From NCBI GenBank assembly GCA_036676395.1, contig JAKFCY010000002.1, positions 32,001 through 96,000 of the forward strand: DNA of 64,000 bases, read 5' to 3'. A model generated the notes under the pieces. That model was given only the letters and a program-made list of their open reading frames with translations. It had not been told where the DNA came from and made no database searches. Source of the DNA: Bdellovibrio sp. (lineage in GTDB: Bacteria > Bdellovibrionota > Bdellovibrionia > Bdellovibrionales > Bdellovibrionaceae). Below, piece by piece: positions 1-10,676 of the stretch. A program made the translations under genes and the position numbers. The stretch's first letter is position 1. Each line of letters opens with the position of its first letter.

Positions 1-470
1 ACGGCCAACAAAGCGGCAACAAAGGAATTCATTCTTACTTTGAAACCACAGTTATTAAAGACGAAATAAAAGTGCGCGTGGATGTTGAAAAAAAGGCACA
101 ACGTCTACTGGCTGATGCCAGTTTTTTAAGTCAATTTAATGGCAATCTGATGGATGCGATTTTATTAGAAGTCGAAAGATCAGTTTCTTTTCGTGATCAA
201 GTTCTGCAAAACGATGATAAGTACGGTCGCAGTAAAAATGGCGCAAGTATTCAATTAGAATTAGCTAAAGATCGCATGGCCGATGCGGCGGCAACGACAG
301 CGATGATTTTAAATCAGTTATGGCGCGATACCGGTCTTGTGGCCCAGGCCACACCGATGACGATTCAAGATCCAAAATGGGTGAAGCCGGATTTTAATAA
401 TTTACCCGAAGAGCGCATGACACCAATTCATCAGAGATTTTTATCTGATGAATTGGATTGTTCACTTTAA
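1..470 (+). CDS. 5'-truncated CDS, probable S1/P1 nuclease / zinc-dependent phospholipase C family protein
   Basis: Frame is open from position 3 (GQQSGNKGIHSYFET...) into the listed 72..470 ORF; GQ..GN.GIH..FE resembles the S1/P1-PLC motif. Confidence 0.5.
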   Translation, partial: GQQSGNKGIHSYFETTVIKDEIKVRVDVEKKAQRLLADASFLSQFNGNLMDAILLEVERSVSFRDQVLQNDDKYGRSKNGASIQLELAKDRMADAAATTAMILNQLWRDTGLVAQATPMTIQDPKWVKPDFNNLPEERMTPIHQRFLSDELDCSL

Positions 471-2038
471 TTCGCAGGCTGAATCGTCGGCCCGATTTCA
501 CCTTCGGCGTGTTTTAGGCCGTCGTGTGAATGGGTAAAATGCCCTGAATACCAGAAGACTAAATTCTGCTCTGCTAAGATTTCTCCTCCTACAAAACTAT
601 TCAGCGCAGCGCGAGTTGAAGTGCGAATGCGGTTATCATCAATTTCATTAGACTTATAACGAAGTAACCAAGCATCAGCGACACCGTAATAGTCGGCTTG
701 GCTGTCATGATCACCCGGAACAATATCATAAGCATCATTTTCTGCATTAGTGATGCGCCAGAATTGATTGTTCAGATTTTTTTTAAACATCACTTCTTGA
801 TTCACCGGTCTGAAAATTTCACCATCTGACACTTGCGCCGAATTGGGGATTCCGCCGATATCAAAATCAAAACGCCAATAGACATGATGGTGATGGGTGT
901 AACAGACACAAGAGTTTCTGACTGCTGAAAATTGAAATACCGGCTTAATTTCGCCATTATTATAAAGTTCAAATTTACTGGCGTAGCGGTACCAGCCTGC
1001 CGAGATCTCTGTGACTAAAGTTACTTTTTCTTCGGTTTGGTAAATCGCGACGCCGCGAAAGTTACCGCGGTCATTGCCGGTATCAAAAATAGTGGTTGGC
1101 GGCTGATGGGTAATGCGAATTCCGGGAGCTTGATCACTGCCGAAAGCCGTAAAATAATTCTCAGCATAAGCCCAATCACGGTAAGGGCCACACATATTCC
1201 CCGAGTACTGCACATTTAAAATTGGAGTATGCGCACGAGTTAAAATTAATTTTCCTTTATAATAAACATTTTTGATTTCTAAACCTGAACCTTTGCTTCC
1301 TGACGAAGCCGACGGGCGAACCACGACGAAATTCCATAAAGGGCCCTCATCATTTGAAATATTAATTTCAGCAGAGCCCGCGCGGCCTTTACCTGTTACC
1401 GACTGACCGGCATTTGCTAAACCACAAACTGCTTCAGTAGCTAGCGAAGTCGGCGGAGCTTTTTCAGGAAAGCGCACCACAGTTAATGTGCTTAGGTTCA
1501 CACCGACAATTTCATGAATCGTAGAATCTGTTTTTGAAGCGATACCAACCCCAATTACCCGCGGCCCACCAAAACCACGCAGCATTTCGACGGTAGGCAC
1601 TGTGCTAGGCATGGGCTCATAAGTAAATAACTCTCTGCTGATTAAACCATTTGAGAATTCTGAATCCTGCAGTAATAAATTAACAGCTTCTTCGAATTCT
1701 TCAGGCGTAGCGGCCACGTCTTCAATGGTGGGTTGTATTTTGGGAGCAATTGTAAAATCAATGGGGCCAGTTAAGCGCAACATTGTTAAATCAGTGTAAT
1801 TAAAGATACACACATCATAATCAAGCCCTGATGCTAAGGCCCGTTCGCTGAGTTCAGATGTAATTAGTCGATAATCTTTTTGATCGAGTATTTTTATGAC
1901 GTCAGGATGAGCTAAAAGTTTTTCAACGACTTTTGAGCGGTCTTCATCGGTTGGTCCGATTTGCCTCGCAGTTATTTTTGTCGTGTCAGCATGAGAAAAA
2001 AATCCACAAAACAAAGCAGCAAAAAAATATTTAAACAT
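467..2038 (-). CDS. Secreted copper amine oxidase-like protein with a divergent active site
   Basis: N-terminal signal peptide; HHHHVYWRFDFDIGG resembles the CuAO HxH..FRLDxDxxG segment; C-terminal VFWYSGHFTH; GWYRY at the NYD/E position. Confidence 0.55.
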   Translation of the reverse strand: MFKYFFAALFCGFFSHADTTKITARQIGPTDEDRSKVVEKLLAHPDVIKILDQKDYRLITSELSERALASGLDYDVCIFNYTDLTMLRLTGPIDFTIAPKIQPTIEDVAATPEEFEEAVNLLLQDSEFSNGLISRELFTYEPMPSTVPTVEMLRGFGGPRVIGVGIASKTDSTIHEIVGVNLSTLTVVRFPEKAPPTSLATEAVCGLANAGQSVTGKGRAGSAEINISNDEGPLWNFVVVRPSASSGSKGSGLEIKNVYYKGKLILTRAHTPILNVQYSGNMCGPYRDWAYAENYFTAFGSDQAPGIRITHQPPTTIFDTGNDRGNFRGVAIYQTEEKVTLVTEISAGWYRYASKFELYNNGEIKPVFQFSAVRNSCVCYTHHHHVYWRFDFDIGGIPNSAQVSDGEIFRPVNQEVMFKKNLNNQFWRITNAENDAYDIVPGDHDSQADYYGVADAWLLRYKSNEIDDNRIRTSTRAALNSFVGGEILAEQNLVFWYSGHFTHSHDGLKHAEGEIGPTIQPAN

Positions 2039-2075
2039 GAATTATCCTTTGTGAGTTTGAAACGAACTAAAAAAA

Positions 2076-2090
2076 GCAAAGCCAGTGCCA
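2076..2090 (-). promoter_or_regulatory. Sigma-54 -24/-12 promoter
   Basis: Minus strand reads TGGCAC-TGGCT-TTGC, a consensus match about 38 bp upstream of the ATG at 2038. Confidence 0.75.
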
Positions 2091-2098
2091 CTGATACG

Positions 2099-3976
2099 TT
2101 AGTGGTCTAAAGGATATTCAGCAGGAGGGTTGGTCAAACGTGCATGCCCATGTTTTTTCCAGAGATCCATCAGGGCGTGTTCATTTAAGGTTTCTGAAAC
2201 TTGTAAGATTTTAACCGCTTCAATAATAAAGGTTTTATTTCGCGTTAAAGTCTCAGTGGCGCGCGAGAAACAATGATCTAGAATGGCACGCACTTCTTGG
2301 TCTACATCTGAAGCGGTGCGATCACTTAAAAGTTTTCCGCCAGCTTCATAAGGGTTTTGTAAATAAGGTGAACGTTTATTTTCTAAAGTGACCATGCCAA
2401 TTTTTTCACTCATCCCAAATTGAGTAACCATAGCACGTGCTAAATCAGTAGCTTTGGCTAAATCATCACTGGCGCCAGTAGATATTTTTTCGCAAAAAAT
2501 AGCTTCAGAACATCGGCCCCCTAAAAGAACTGCGATTTTATCAAATAGCTCGTCTTCATCTAACACATAACGATCTTCGGTAGGGCGCTGAATGGTGTAA
2601 CCTAAAGCGCCCATGCCACGGGGAATAACGCTGACTTTGTGCACTTTATCTGTGGTGCTCAATGCTAATGCTACAGTCGCGTGACCCATTTCATGATAGG
2701 CAATGCGCCGTTTTTCTTTTTCGTTCATGACTTTGCCTTTTTTTTCTAATCCGGCAATCAAACGTTCTATGGCTTGGGTGAAATCATCTTCAACGACGAA
2801 GTCAGCATTTCTTCTGGTCGCAACGATAGCGGCTTCATTTACTAAATTAGCTAAATCTGCTCCTGAAAATCCAGAAGTGAGTGAAGCTATATGATTTAAA
2901 TCAATATTTGGATCAAGAGTGATACGTTTGACATGCACTTTCAAAATTTGTAAACGCCCGACCTGATCAGGCGCACTTAATAAAATCTGGCGATCAAAAC
3001 GACCGGCGCGCAGCAATGCAGGATCTAAAATTTCAGGGCGATTTGTGGCAGCAATCATAATCACACCTTCAGAACTATCAAAGCCATCCATCTCGGCTAA
3101 GAGCTGATTCAGTGTTTGTTCTTTTTCGTCGTTACCCCCGCCGCCGATCACGCCAAAAGCGCGCGATTTTCCTAAGGCATCAATTTCATCAATGAATAAT
3201 AAACAGGGGGCTTGGGCGCGGGCTTGTTCAAATAAATCCCGTACCCGGGCAGCACCAAGGCCAACAAACATTTCGACAAATTCTGAACCGTTAATAGAAA
3301 AAAAAGTGACTTTAGCTTCACCTGCAACGGCGCGGGCTAATAAAGTTTTTCCAGTTCCTGGCGGGCCAACTAATAAAACCCCTTTGGGGGCACGGCCGCC
3401 CAAGCGACTGTAGCGTGATGGATCTTGTAAGAAATTAACGATTTCAGCTAATTCATCTTTGGCTTCATCAACGCCGGCCACATCAGAAAAAGTAGTCTTG
3501 ACCCCTTTTTCCATATAAATTTTTGCGCGTGATTTGGTTAAAGATAAAATACCACTGGCTCCGCGGCCCATTCCGCGGGCAGCAATACTAAATAAAAAAT
3601 AAATGAATAAAATGGGAATCAGCCACGCAAACGCGATTCGCCAAAATGGATCTTTGAATTCACTGCGAAAGGTTACATTATTATCATGCAGTCGCTGCAC
3701 TAGGTTTTCATCTGGCGCTAAATTGGTTGTAAAAGTTTTTGCATTATTCGGATCGGCATTTTTAATTTCACCGCGCACCGAGGATTCGGTGATGACGATA
3801 TTGTTAATTTCATTTTTATCTAAGAGCAGCAGAAATTCGCTGTAGGGGATAGTTTCTGCGCGTGAGCGGAAGAGATAACTATTAAAAACAATGATGGCCA
3901 GTAAAACCATGAACATTACGCCAAAATTCATTTTGTTATCGACTAATTTGTTGGGTTTTGGTTGGTCGTCTTGCAT
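2099..3976 (-). CDS. ftsH: ATP-dependent zinc metalloprotease FtsH
   Basis: Two N-terminal TM segments, Walker A GPPGTGKT, Walker [25 protein letters not shown] zinc motif. Confidence 0.95.
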   Translation of the reverse strand: MQDDQPKPNKLVDNKMNFGVMFMVLLAIIVFNSYLFRSRAETIPYSEFLLLLDKNEINNIVITESSVRGEIKNADPNNAKTFTTNLAPDENLVQRLHDNNVTFRSEFKDPFWRIAFAWLIPILFIYFLFSIAARGMGRGASGILSLTKSRAKIYMEKGVKTTFSDVAGVDEAKDELAEIVNFLQDPSRYSRLGGRAPKGVLLVGPPGTGKTLLARAVAGEAKVTFFSINGSEFVEMFVGLGAARVRDLFEQARAQAPCLLFIDEIDALGKSRAFGVIGGGGNDEKEQTLNQLLAEMDGFDSSEGVIMIAATNRPEILDPALLRAGRFDRQILLSAPDQVGRLQILKVHVKRITLDPNIDLNHIASLTSGFSGADLANLVNEAAIVATRRNADFVVEDDFTQAIERLIAGLEKKGKVMNEKEKRRIAYHEMGHATVALALSTTDKVHKVSVIPRGMGALGYTIQRPTEDRYVLDEDELFDKIAVLLGGRCSEAIFCEKISTGASDDLAKATDLARAMVTQFGMSEKIGMVTLENKRSPYLQNPYEAGGKLLSDRTASDVDQEVRAILDHCFSRATETLTRNKTFIIEAVKILQVSETLNEHALMDLWKKHGHARLTNPPAEYPLDH

Positions 3977-4147
3977 GCCGAAAAACTAAAGGTTCAAATT
4001 CTATTCCATCAGCGCAGGCGATAAGGGCCAATACATCCAGCAAGCGAGGCAACTTAGTTTAAACTAAACTAAGTCTTGAGACATTTTAAGACAAATAAAA
4101 ATGCGTTTAGTTGACGAAACCCCCGTCGACGCGTGTAGGATTAGCCA

Positions 4148-4789
4148 GTGTCGTCAATTAATCATTATCCTACTTTTCACTATTCACAGCCCAGTGAATA
4201 CCATTTCAGTCATGATTCGGTATTTTTGGCCCGCGAAGTTTATGAGCGTCATGGTGATCAATTAGCCAAAGACGGGATTAAGATTCTGGATCTGTGCGCC
4301 GGTTGCGGGGTTGTCGGTATGGATTTACTGTTTCATCAACTCAAAGAAAAGACTTTTGCCGGTGAAATTGATTTTTTAGAAATTCAATCTGTCTATGAAT
4401 CTCACTGGGCAAAAAATAAAGAAATTATGCAGGGGTATTTTCCGGATAACCCGCTTAATTTTAATTTCATTCTACAAAATTATGCACAGGTAACTTCGCC
4501 TAAAAAATATGATTTCATTTTATCAAACCCACCGTATTTTCTAATCGGGCAGGGTGTAAAATCGCCGAGCGAGTTTAAAAATCGTTGCCGCTTTTTTATG
4601 GATGCTGATTGGCAGGCGATGTTGTGTTTTATGCAGGCTTCGCTAAAACCTGAAGGTCAGGCTTATTTTTTAGTACGCGACGAGCTTAAAGATATTATCA
4701 GCCGACAGCCGGCCAGTGAAGTGACTTTTCCTTTCAAAGTGCGCACCGCCTGGGTTGCACACATGAAAAAATTAACATCTATAGACTAA
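4148..4789 (+). CDS. SAM-dependent methyltransferase (TrmN6/MTS-like N6-adenine methylase)
   Basis: LDLCAGCG motif I and SNPPYF motif IV. Confidence 0.8.
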   Translation: MSSINHYPTFHYSQPSEYHFSHDSVFLAREVYERHGDQLAKDGIKILDLCAGCGVVGMDLLFHQLKEKTFAGEIDFLEIQSVYESHWAKNKEIMQGYFPDNPLNFNFILQNYAQVTSPKKYDFILSNPPYFLIGQGVKSPSEFKNRCRFFMDADWQAMLCFMQASLKPEGQAYFLVRDELKDIISRQPASEVTFPFKVRTAWVAHMKKLTSID

Positions 4790-5372
4790 AAGCTTTTTTA
4801 ACTTTTTTAGTCGGGCGTTTAAAGCCAGAGCGAAAATCTAAAATTTCATTTTGCATATGGTTAAAGTAATAACTTAATTGCACCATTGTTCCGAATTGTT
4901 CAGCCAACTCAAAATGGGTGATTTTAAATCCAGCTTTAAGTTTAGCAATGATGATGTCGTTGTTGGTGATAACATGACGACTGTAGATGCGCGTAAAACC
5001 TTTGGCTTTAATACGTTTCAGAGTCTCTTGCATTAAACAGGTGTATAAACCTTTTTTACGGTGGGTAGGTAAAATGGCAGAATTACACATATAGTAAACT
5101 GTGGCGCTTTCTTGAAAGCCCCAGCTCCAGCCGACAAATTTATTTTTATAATAAAGCCCCAGATTAAGTTTAAAAGCTTTGGGATTTTTAAAGTCAGCGC
5201 GCAACTTAGTCTGTCTGGTTAAATCGAGTTTGCTGAACACTTCTTTAGGCAGATAAAACATCGACACGTCGTTGAAAATTTTCTTAGCCGGGCGCGTCCA
5301 CAAATTCCAGAATTGAGCGTCAGGAATTTCTCTAATTTCGTAGCCTACCGGAAGCTTGTATTTTAAACTCAT
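4779..5372 (-). CDS. GNAT family N-acetyltransferase
   Basis: ILPTHRKKGLY acetyl-CoA motif A; C-terminal KLKAGFKI. Confidence 0.8.
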   Translation of the reverse strand: MSLKYKLPVGYEIREIPDAQFWNLWTRPAKKIFNDVSMFYLPKEVFSKLDLTRQTKLRADFKNPKAFKLNLGLYYKNKFVGWSWGFQESATVYYMCNSAILPTHRKKGLYTCLMQETLKRIKAKGFTRIYSRHVITNNDIIIAKLKAGFKITHFELAEQFGTMVQLSYYFNHMQNEILDFRSGFKRPTKKVKKAFSL

Positions 5373-5385
5373 TACAGAAGTATAT

Positions 5386-6027
5386 ATGAGTCAAAAAAGC
5401 GCCGTCAGTAAAATTAATAGTCGCGGAGCCTTATTGGTGTTTCCGATCAATAATAAAAAAGAACCAGCTTCTTTGTGGTCTGAGTTTTACCCAAAATCTA
5501 AAATGCGTTGGGAGTGGGATACCGACGGCGATGACCGTGTCGGTAAACTTTGGACGTTAATGAAAAAACTTTCGGATAGCCGTGAAGTCGTCTATTCAAA
5601 GTGGTATCAAGGCAGGGCTACGTTTTTTTCGCGTAAGCTGTTTACCGCGCTATTATGTAAGTCTTTACAGGATTTCGATGAGCCGCACCTGTCTCATACT
5701 GCAAAAAATCTATTAGACACTTTAGAAAGTGATTCGCCATTATCAACGAAACAATTAAAACAAATCACCGAGCTGCGTGGTAAAGATAATGAGCGTTTCT
5801 ATAATCGGGGTATGAAAGAGTTATTCTCGAAATTTCTAATTGTCGCGTTTGGCGAAGTGGATGATGGAGCTTTTCCATCGTTAGCTGTAGGTGCGACAAA
5901 GAATTTGTATGAAGATTTATTAACTGATGCGCGTGTGATGCGTGTGACAGAAGCTGATAAGATCATTAACGAGTATTTACCTGAAGGTAATCTGTTTCGT
6001 AAACAATTGGATAAGAGAGTAAAATGA
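5386..6027 (+). CDS. Winged-helix protein, AlkZ-related family (uncertain)
   Basis: ATG at 5386 avoids overlap with the divergent GNAT; YSKWYQGRATFFS and PLSTKQLK resemble AlkZ-related wHTH proteins. Confidence 0.5.
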   Translation: MSQKSAVSKINSRGALLVFPINNKKEPASLWSEFYPKSKMRWEWDTDGDDRVGKLWTLMKKLSDSREVVYSKWYQGRATFFSRKLFTALLCKSLQDFDEPHLSHTAKNLLDTLESDSPLSTKQLKQITELRGKDNERFYNRGMKELFSKFLIVAFGEVDDGAFPSLAVGATKNLYEDLLTDARVMRVTEADKIINEYLPEGNLFRKQLDKRVK

Positions 6028-6674
6028 AAACTGCAGTAATTATTGGTTCAACAGGACTTGTCGGCACAGAACTTATTCATGCATTAGGCCGCCATTATGA
6101 TAAAATATTCGTAATTACTCGTCGTCGGGTTGAATTTATTGATGCAAAAGTTGAACCCGTGGTTTTAGCCTTTGAACAATTAGAAGAACAAATGTTTCCT
6201 GCAGCTGCAGATTATTTTTGCGCGTTAGGAACCACAATCAAACAAGCGGGATCACAAGCTGAATTTCGTAAAGTTGATTACGACTATGTTTTAAGTTTTG
6301 CTAAAGTAGCAAAAAAATGTGCGGCGAATTCATTTCACATGGTTTCAGCATTGGGCGCTAGCACGACATCGACAAATTTTTATTCACGCACCAAAGGCGA
6401 AATCGAAAAAGCTGTCTCAGCTTTAGAATTAAAAAAACTTCGTATTTATCAGCCAAGTTTGTTAATCGGTAAACGAGATAAACTAGGTCAACCCACCAGA
6501 TTAGGTGAAGAGATTGTTACGGCTCTTTATCACAAAGGCAAATTTTTATTTTCAGGTATATTACGAAAATATGAACCTATTACTGCGGAGAAAGTCGCTT
6601 CAGCTATGGTCAAGAATGCCATAGCTGATTCAGAAAAAGCGAAAATGATTATTTCAAATCAAGAAATGCACTAG
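6024..6674 (+). CDS. NAD(P)H-binding oxidoreductase, YraR/CC3(TIP30)-like
   Basis: GSTGLVG Rossmann motif, CALGTT, VDYDY, YSRTKGEIE, QPSLLIG. Confidence 0.85.
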   Translation: MKTAVIIGSTGLVGTELIHALGRHYDKIFVITRRRVEFIDAKVEPVVLAFEQLEEQMFPAAADYFCALGTTIKQAGSQAEFRKVDYDYVLSFAKVAKKCAANSFHMVSALGASTTSTNFYSRTKGEIEKAVSALELKKLRIYQPSLLIGKRDKLGQPTRLGEEIVTALYHKGKFLFSGILRKYEPITAEKVASAMVKNAIADSEKAKMIISNQEMH

Positions 6675-7177
6675 TGATGTTGGTGTTCAGCTTCTGTTAA
6701 CGAAATAAACGGCGCAGGTTTTGTGCTATCAGCAGCTTCTGCCCATTTAGTTTCACCTTTTTTGCAAGTTTGAATCACCGGAAAAGCTAATTTAGCTTCT
6801 TTAGTTTCTGGTAATTTAAGACTTAAACCAAATTCATCCATATGTTCATCTGGTAATACGCCACCAGACCAAGTCACTTCTGAAATCGTTTCAGTGATTT
6901 CTTTGCTGTGTGAAGTGATTGGTTTAGCTAGTTTTACTTTTTTAGTTGTGATCTTCCAGCCAGCGTGAACTTGTGGTTTTACTGACAAACTATTTTCAGG
7001 AATCATGACGGTGATTTTTGTGGTCGCTGAACCATCGCAACCATGGGGTACGCGAAAGGTCAATTTTGCGTAACCGCCAGCTGCTGCGGCTTTTGGCTCA
7101 ACACCTACATGGGCTAAAGTATTAATCGAAAATAAGAATGAGATAAGTATTGTAAGATTTTTCATGAGTAATTTCAT
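6671..7177 (-). CDS. YcnI-like (DUF1775) exported copper-binding protein; start at 7177 or 7165
   Basis: Signal peptide followed by AHV, FRVPHGC, FPVIQTC..G...W, His-rich tail. Confidence 0.85.
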   Translation of the reverse strand: MKLLMKNLTILISFLFSINTLAHVGVEPKAAAAGGYAKLTFRVPHGCDGSATTKITVMIPENSLSVKPQVHAGWKITTKKVKLAKPITSHSKEITETISEVTWSGGVLPDEHMDEFGLSLKLPETKEAKLAFPVIQTCKKGETKWAEAADSTKPAPFISLTEAEHQHH

Positions 7178-7287
7178 ACGCCTATGTTGTGTTGGCCGCA
7201 AATAAAACATTAAGTCGAGGTCCACAAATGCCACATTACAACATAGAAACTATTATGCTAAAGTTTTAGCTCTCAGAAAGAGGATTT

Positions 7288-7821
7288 ATGGCTAAAAAAA
7301 TACTTTTAAGTCTTGTGGTCGTGATTGTTTTATTCTTAGGTTTTGTTTCAACTCGTAACGGTAAATTTAATTATGAAAGAAGTGTTGTGATCAATGCGCC
7401 TGCTGAAAAAATATATCCTTATTTGAGCAATTTTAAATTAGGCTCGCAGTGGAATCCTTTTGATCAAAAAGATCCAAATTTGAAACGCACTTTTTTAGGC
7501 AACGACGGCGAAGTTGGTTCTGCCATGAACTTTGAAGGTAACAACGAAGCAGGTAGCGGAAAATTAGAAATGTTAAGTTTGATTCCAAACACAGAAGCGC
7601 AGATCAAACTGACAATGACTAAGCCTTGGAAAGCTGAAAATTTAATTATTTATAAGCTAGCTCCAGAAGATGCGAGCACTCGTTTTACCTGGACGATGAG
7701 TGGTGATGGCGGTTTTATGGGTAAATTAATGATGACCCTAATAGATTGCGAAAAAATGGTGACCGATGAATTTGAAAAAGGCTTTCAAAATTTAAAATTT
7801 ATTATTGAAAATAAAAAATAG
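7288..7821 (+). CDS. SRPBCC/polyketide cyclase family membrane-anchored protein
   Basis: N-terminal TM, ERSVVINAPAEKIY, WNPF, FEKGFQNLK. Confidence 0.8.
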   Translation: MAKKILLSLVVVIVLFLGFVSTRNGKFNYERSVVINAPAEKIYPYLSNFKLGSQWNPFDQKDPNLKRTFLGNDGEVGSAMNFEGNNEAGSGKLEMLSLIPNTEAQIKLTMTKPWKAENLIIYKLAPEDASTRFTWTMSGDGGFMGKLMMTLIDCEKMVTDEFEKGFQNLKFIIENKK

Positions 7822-7830
7822 GATTTACAT

Positions 7831-8781
7831 ATGAAATTAACAACCAATCAAGATTTAAAACAGTTTCCTGAATCACATTATGTATTTATTGAAAAAATTG
7901 GTCCGTTTCAAGAGACCGCAATGGCTGCTTGGCAAGAATTGCATAACCATCTAGAAACAATCGGATCTAATCACAAAATCACGGGTTATTTCAGCCAATA
8001 TAAAGTTCAGCCGCAAATGATTTATCGTGCCGGTGTAGCCGTAGATCAAAAGCCTGTGGCATTACCAGAAGGATTTAAATACGAAAGATTCGACGGCGGC
8101 GTTTATCAGCGCTATACTTTAACTGGTGGATATCAAAATTTGCCAGAAGCTTGTGGTGTGGTGTTTGCGCTCGTCGAAAAAGAAAAAATACCGATGCGTC
8201 CTGATTGGTTTGTTGAAAATTATATTAATAGCCCCAAAGAAACCGCCGAAGAAAATTTAATCACCGAAATTTTAATTCCAACCACTTCAGAGATTAAACC
8301 TTTTACAATTAGTCGTGAGTTTAATGCGTCAAAAGATTTAATGTGGAAGTGCTGGACTGAGATGTCACATTTAGAAAAATGGTCTGGTCCAAAAGGTTCA
8401 AAGTTAAAACAATCAACCCACGACTTTAAAACGGGCGCGACAAATCATTACTGCATGACGACTCCTGATGGCCAAGAAACCTGGGGTATACAAGTATTTC
8501 GCGACATCGTAAAACCTGATCGTTATGTTTATATAAATAGCTTTGCAGATGCTAAGGGCAACAGTGCTCGTCACCCGATGAGTGCCACTTGGCCATTAGA
8601 AATGCTGACAACAATCACGTTAACGAGTTTCGGGACAAAGACTCAAGTGACGATTGAGTGGATGCCCATGGACGCTAACGCCGAAGAAATTAAAACTTTC
8701 AACGACGCTCATGAAGGTATGAAAATGGGTTGGGATGGTTCTTTAGATACTCTTGAAGAGTATCTAAAGACTTTAACTTAA
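7831..8781 (+). CDS. GyrI-like small-molecule-binding domain fused to SRPBCC (AHSA1-like) domain
   Basis: N-half has EKIGPF...ENYINSP...ITEILIP; C-half has SREFNAS..LMWKCWTE...GWDGSLDTL. Confidence 0.75.
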   Translation: MKLTTNQDLKQFPESHYVFIEKIGPFQETAMAAWQELHNHLETIGSNHKITGYFSQYKVQPQMIYRAGVAVDQKPVALPEGFKYERFDGGVYQRYTLTGGYQNLPEACGVVFALVEKEKIPMRPDWFVENYINSPKETAEENLITEILIPTTSEIKPFTISREFNASKDLMWKCWTEMSHLEKWSGPKGSKLKQSTHDFKTGATNHYCMTTPDGQETWGIQVFRDIVKPDRYVYINSFADAKGNSARHPMSATWPLEMLTTITLTSFGTKTQVTIEWMPMDANAEEIKTFNDAHEGMKMGWDGSLDTLEEYLKTLT

Positions 8782-9966
8782 TTGCGCTTTAGGTTTTTTC
8801 ACGACGATAATTAAACCAATTAAAGACGATATACACATGACCGCAGCGGTAGGAAGACTGCCGCTGACATTCAGCATGCCTACGCCAGCACTGGCCACAG
8901 AGCCAACCCCTAATTGTAAAAATCCTAACAGCGCTGAAGCTGCACCCGCATTTTTTTCAAACGGCGCCAGAGCTAAAGCTACGGCATTTGGATAAGTAAG
9001 CCCTGCACAAGTTAAAAGTAAAAATAAAATGATTACGGTGGGAATAAGGGTAAACCAGTTATTAAGTACGCCTGTAAAAAAAATTACACCCATGATCACT
9101 TGAAAAAATAAAGCTGTCTTAAAGATCTGAGGGCTTGTGAATTTTTTTGTTAATAATAAATTAATTTGGCCGCCGCCGATCATACCAACAGCAAGAATAG
9201 CAAAAATTATCCCGTACACTTGTGCGCTGACTTTAAAGCCTTCCATAAACATAGCCGGAGACCCGGCGATATAAACGAACAGACCTGCAAATGAAAAAGA
9301 TCCTGCAAATGTGTATATAGAAAATTGCGGAACTTTTAAAATTTCTTTAAATCCGCGCAGAATAGATTTAAAATTTAATGACCTTGTCGCATAATCAGGA
9401 ACAAATTTTTCTGGTAAGACAAAGTACGCTAACGCCAGATTCATAATACCAAGCCCGACTAGTGTGCCAAAAATCACGCGCCAACCCCAAGCGGTCACAA
9501 CAAAGCCACCCACTGTCGGAGCCAGCAGCGGAGAAACACTTAACACCAGCATTAATAGTGAAAATACTTTGGCACTATCTTCGACAGGAAAAAAGTCACG
9601 CACCATAGACATCGCACCGACCGAGGCCACACAACCACCCATAGCTTGGATAAAACGAAGCACTAAAAATACTTCAATCGATTGGGTGTACATGATTCCG
9701 ATTGTCGATAAAATATAAATAATTAAACCTGCATAAAGCGGTTTTTTGCGGCCGAAGTAATCCAACATCGGCCCATAAATAATCTGACCTAGAGCAAAAC
9801 CAATAAAGTATGTAGAAATTGAAAATGAAACTTTAGCAGTAGTGGTTTGTAGATCGCTGGCAATTTGGGTAAATGCTGGTAAATACATATCAATCGAAAA
9901 TGGAGTTAAAGCTTCAAGAGAGCCTAAAATCAGGATTAACAGGGCATTTTGTTTTTTCGTGCGCAT
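8773..9966 (-). CDS. Bcr/CflA family multidrug efflux MFS transporter
   Basis: SIDMYLPA, DYFGRKKPL, about 12 TM segments. Confidence 0.9.
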   Translation of the reverse strand: MRTKKQNALLILILGSLEALTPFSIDMYLPAFTQIASDLQTTTAKVSFSISTYFIGFALGQIIYGPMLDYFGRKKPLYAGLIIYILSTIGIMYTQSIEVFLVLRFIQAMGGCVASVGAMSMVRDFFPVEDSAKVFSLLMLVLSVSPLLAPTVGGFVVTAWGWRVIFGTLVGLGIMNLALAYFVLPEKFVPDYATRSLNFKSILRGFKEILKVPQFSIYTFAGSFSFAGLFVYIAGSPAMFMEGFKVSAQVYGIIFAILAVGMIGGGQINLLLTKKFTSPQIFKTALFFQVIMGVIFFTGVLNNWFTLIPTVIILFLLLTCAGLTYPNAVALALAPFEKNAGAASALLGFLQLGVGSVASAGVGMLNVSGSLPTAAVMCISSLIGLIIVVKKPKAQLS

Positions 9967-9994
9967 CCACGCAGACTAATGTAATTTAAACCGT

Positions 9995-10627
9995 ATGTCG
10001 ACAAACTGGGAAAATATATTTGAAAACAAAATTTCGATTGTAGCTACAAGTGATGACCCCGCTCATTATTTAAATCATTTTAAACGGGTTGTAACCATGG
10101 CAAAAAAATTATGCTTACTTGAAAATGCCAACGCTGATGTCGTTATCCCGGCCGCCTGGTTGCATGACTTAGTCATTGTACCCAAAAATTCACCCCTGCG
10201 CAGTCAGGCCTCTAAAATGTCAGCTGAAAAAGCGATCGAATTTTTACGCGAAATAAATTATCCCGAACAATTTCACGACGCTATCGCGCACGCGATCGAA
10301 GGGCATAGCTTTAGTGCTAATATTGAAGTTAAAACCATCGAAGCTAAAATTGTGCAAGATGCAGATCGTTTAGATGGATTAGGCGCTATTGGTATTGCCC
10401 GCTGTTTTGCGACTGCGGGTTTAATGAAAAGATCTTTTTACCAAGCTGAAGATCCTTTTTGTGAAAACCGAAATCCTGATGATCAAAATTATACGATTGA
10501 TCATTTTTATCAAAAACTATTTAAAACCGCAGACACTTTAAAAACTCAATCCGGAAAAATCGAAGCAGCAGCGCGTATTCAGTTTATGCAGCAGTATTTA
10601 AATATTTTAAGATCAGAAATTCTTTAG
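9995..10627 (+). CDS. HD-domain phosphohydrolase (YedJ-like)
   Basis: AH...H, WLHD, HSFS, QDADRLDGLGAIGIAR, DHFY.KL. Confidence 0.9.
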   Translation: MSTNWENIFENKISIVATSDDPAHYLNHFKRVVTMAKKLCLLENANADVVIPAAWLHDLVIVPKNSPLRSQASKMSAEKAIEFLREINYPEQFHDAIAHAIEGHSFSANIEVKTIEAKIVQDADRLDGLGAIGIARCFATAGLMKRSFYQAEDPFCENRNPDDQNYTIDHFYQKLFKTADTLKTQSGKIEAAARIQFMQQYLNILRSEIL

Positions 10628-10676
10628 CTCTATTTTTGCAAAGCCTTTCAAGAATCAAATTATTGAAAGGATATTT

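Noticed and set aside
10625..10639. Sigma-54-like TAGCTC-TATTT-TTGC upstream of the DUF5602-like gene
   Set aside because: Lacks the invariant GG at -24, so it was not counted
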